Shown here: piece after piece, positions 62,501-64,000 of the stretch | Layout: each line of letters begins with the position of its first letter | How positions within the stretch are numbered: the first letter of the stretch is position 1 | From: Mobula birostris | Lineage: Eukaryota | Direction: 5' to 3' | NCBI RefSeq assembly: GCF_030028105.1 | Contig: NC_092389.1 | Location: forward strand, 13,999,180 to 14,063,179 | DNA length: 64,000 nucleotides | Notes under the pieces: generated by a model | Seen by the model: the letters and a program-made list of their open reading frames with translations, nothing else | What the model was told of the DNA's origin: nothing | Databases searched by the model: none | Position numbers and translations under genes: made by a program

Positions 62501-63576
62501 TGTACTCTATGGTTGCTTTGTTGCTATGGTGATGGCAGTTTTTTATTTTTATTTTGCCATTTAAACATTGAGTTTGCTGAACACTTGTACTATTTGAGTC
62601 TGATGTTAGCTGACAATAAGTTGAAAATCTTTACTTGGTGTTATGATACAGAATGCGGATTGTGGATGATGATGTGACTTGGAAGAGCCTTGCAAAGGAG
62701 AAGGCATTGGAGGTGGAGTCTGGCGAGGAAGATGAAGCTCCTGTGGTATGTAATAGGCAGTTAACCTTAGTCCTAAATTCACTTTCTGCAGTGAGGCTTA
62801 CTTGATGCTTTATAGCATGGTAGCTGTATGACTCACTGTTATAGACTGCTGCTAAAATCTGTTCAATATTTTTAATTAGTACAAGATGGCAATTGACTGA
62901 ATGGTGCCGGAACTATTGGATTGAAAAATGTATTGCATCCATTTGACCAATCCTAAAATATATCCTTCTAACAACCACTCTTCCAAACGTATGTCCAACG
63001 CCAGACCTTTTAGTGGTGTTGCGGTGAGGTGTTTTGAATTGAATTGACTCTATTACTTACATCCTTTATATACATGAGGAGTAAAAATCTTTAGGTTACC
63101 CCTCCATCTAAATGCAATGTGCAATTTATAGTAATTTATAATAGATAGTATGTACAACAGGCTGGTCAATATAACATAGAAATACAGTTGTGTCAGCATG
63201 AATTAATCAGTCTGGTGGATGAAGCTGTCCCGGAGCCTGTTGGTCCTGGCTTTTATACTGTGTTACTGTTTCCCGGATGGTAACAGCTGGAGCAGTCTGT
63301 GGTTGGGGTGATTTGGGTCCCCAACGATCCTTCGGGTCCTTTTTACACACCTGTCTTTGTAAAAGTCCTGAATAGTGGGAAGTTCACTCCTACAGATGCA
63401 CTGGGCTGTCCGCACCACTCTCTGGACACTGTATGAATGACAGCTTATGTTATTATTGTACTTCATGTTCATCTGAAACCTGCTTTTTCAGGTTGCAGAA
63501 ATCATTGATGAGAGACCGGTAGTCATTCAACGAATGGAAGAATTTCGTTCAAGCAATAAATGGAAAATTTTAGGAG
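59563..63576 (+). CDS. BUD13: BUD13 homolog (RES splicing complex), 5' partial: join(59563-59687, 62652-62745, 63492-63576, continues beyond window)
   Basis: MAGLSKEEYLKRYLS...RKKRK..GGG|MRIVDDDVTWKSL...EDEAPV|VAEIIDERP...MEEFRSSNKWKILG matches the BUD13 N-terminus (LSKAEYLKRYLS, GMRIVDDDVSW, VAEFVDERP). GT-AG introns in phase. Lies downstream of ZPR1 as in mammals. Confidence 0.94.
61260..62036 (-). mobile_element. CR1 LINE 3' fragment in BUD13 intron 1
   Basis: [74 protein letters not shown]. Confidence 0.9.
63035..63430 (-). mobile_element. Rex1/Babar-type LINE 3' fragment in BUD13 intron 2
   Basis: QRVVRTAQCICRSELPTIQDFYKDRC.KR.RRIVGDPNHPNHRLLQLLPSGK; (CAATT)n tail. Confidence 0.75.
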
Positions 63577-64000
63577 GTATGTGGTAAAATCATGATGTAA
63601 GCTTTTCAAAATGATTGTGTATCAGTTTCATGGTAGATTTTGAAGTCCTGTTGAAAGCAGTAGTGACGTTTTTAAATTCTTTGTTGAAATGTAGATGTCA
63701 CCGTCGTGGCCAGCATCTGTTGCCCAGTCCTGGTTACCTAGCCTTGAAATGAATAGCTTTCTGAGCAATTTCAAAGAATCATTGAGAGCCAATGAGAAGT
63801 TTGGATAAGTACATGGATTTACATAAGTACATGATCCAGGTGCAGGTCATTGGGACTAGGTAGAATTATATTTCAGCATGGACTAGATGGCCGCAAGGCC
63901 TGTTTCTGTGCTATAGTGCTCTATGACTTAATCATGATATTGTGGGACCAAGATTAGAAACAGACCTGGTTTGATGGCAACTGCTGTGTCATGAAAGACA

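Overview
Vertebrate nuclear DNA, most likely a cartilaginous fish. That taxon is inferred from the repeat landscape of V-SINE/HE1-like SINEs, CR1, Rex1/Babar and Penelope fragments. The window is the APOA-cluster / ZPR1 / BUD13 synteny block. Bases 1-28.5 kb hold four minus-strand apolipoprotein A-IV/A-V-like genes. Three of them (A partial, B, C) sit in a young ~7.72-kb tandem array. The fourth (D) has its own divergent promoter and exons 1-3 but a last exon ~97% identical to that of the array genes. Breakpoint reading suggests the array genes are chimeras made by unequal crossing-over in intron 3 (5' exons of one paralog plus the last exon and 3' flank of D), later amplified with a duplicated TATA/GATA promoter module. 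Bases 33.2-53.3 kb hold a complete 14-exon ZPR1 (445 aa) with one U12-type intron and one GC-AG intron. BUD13 exons 1-3 follow at 59.6-63.6 kb, preceded by a Penelope-derived minimal hammerhead ribozyme motif. Nearly all short ORFs in the track are spurious or are transposon remnants. Repeat boundaries are approximate and all family assignments are from recognition, not database searches.
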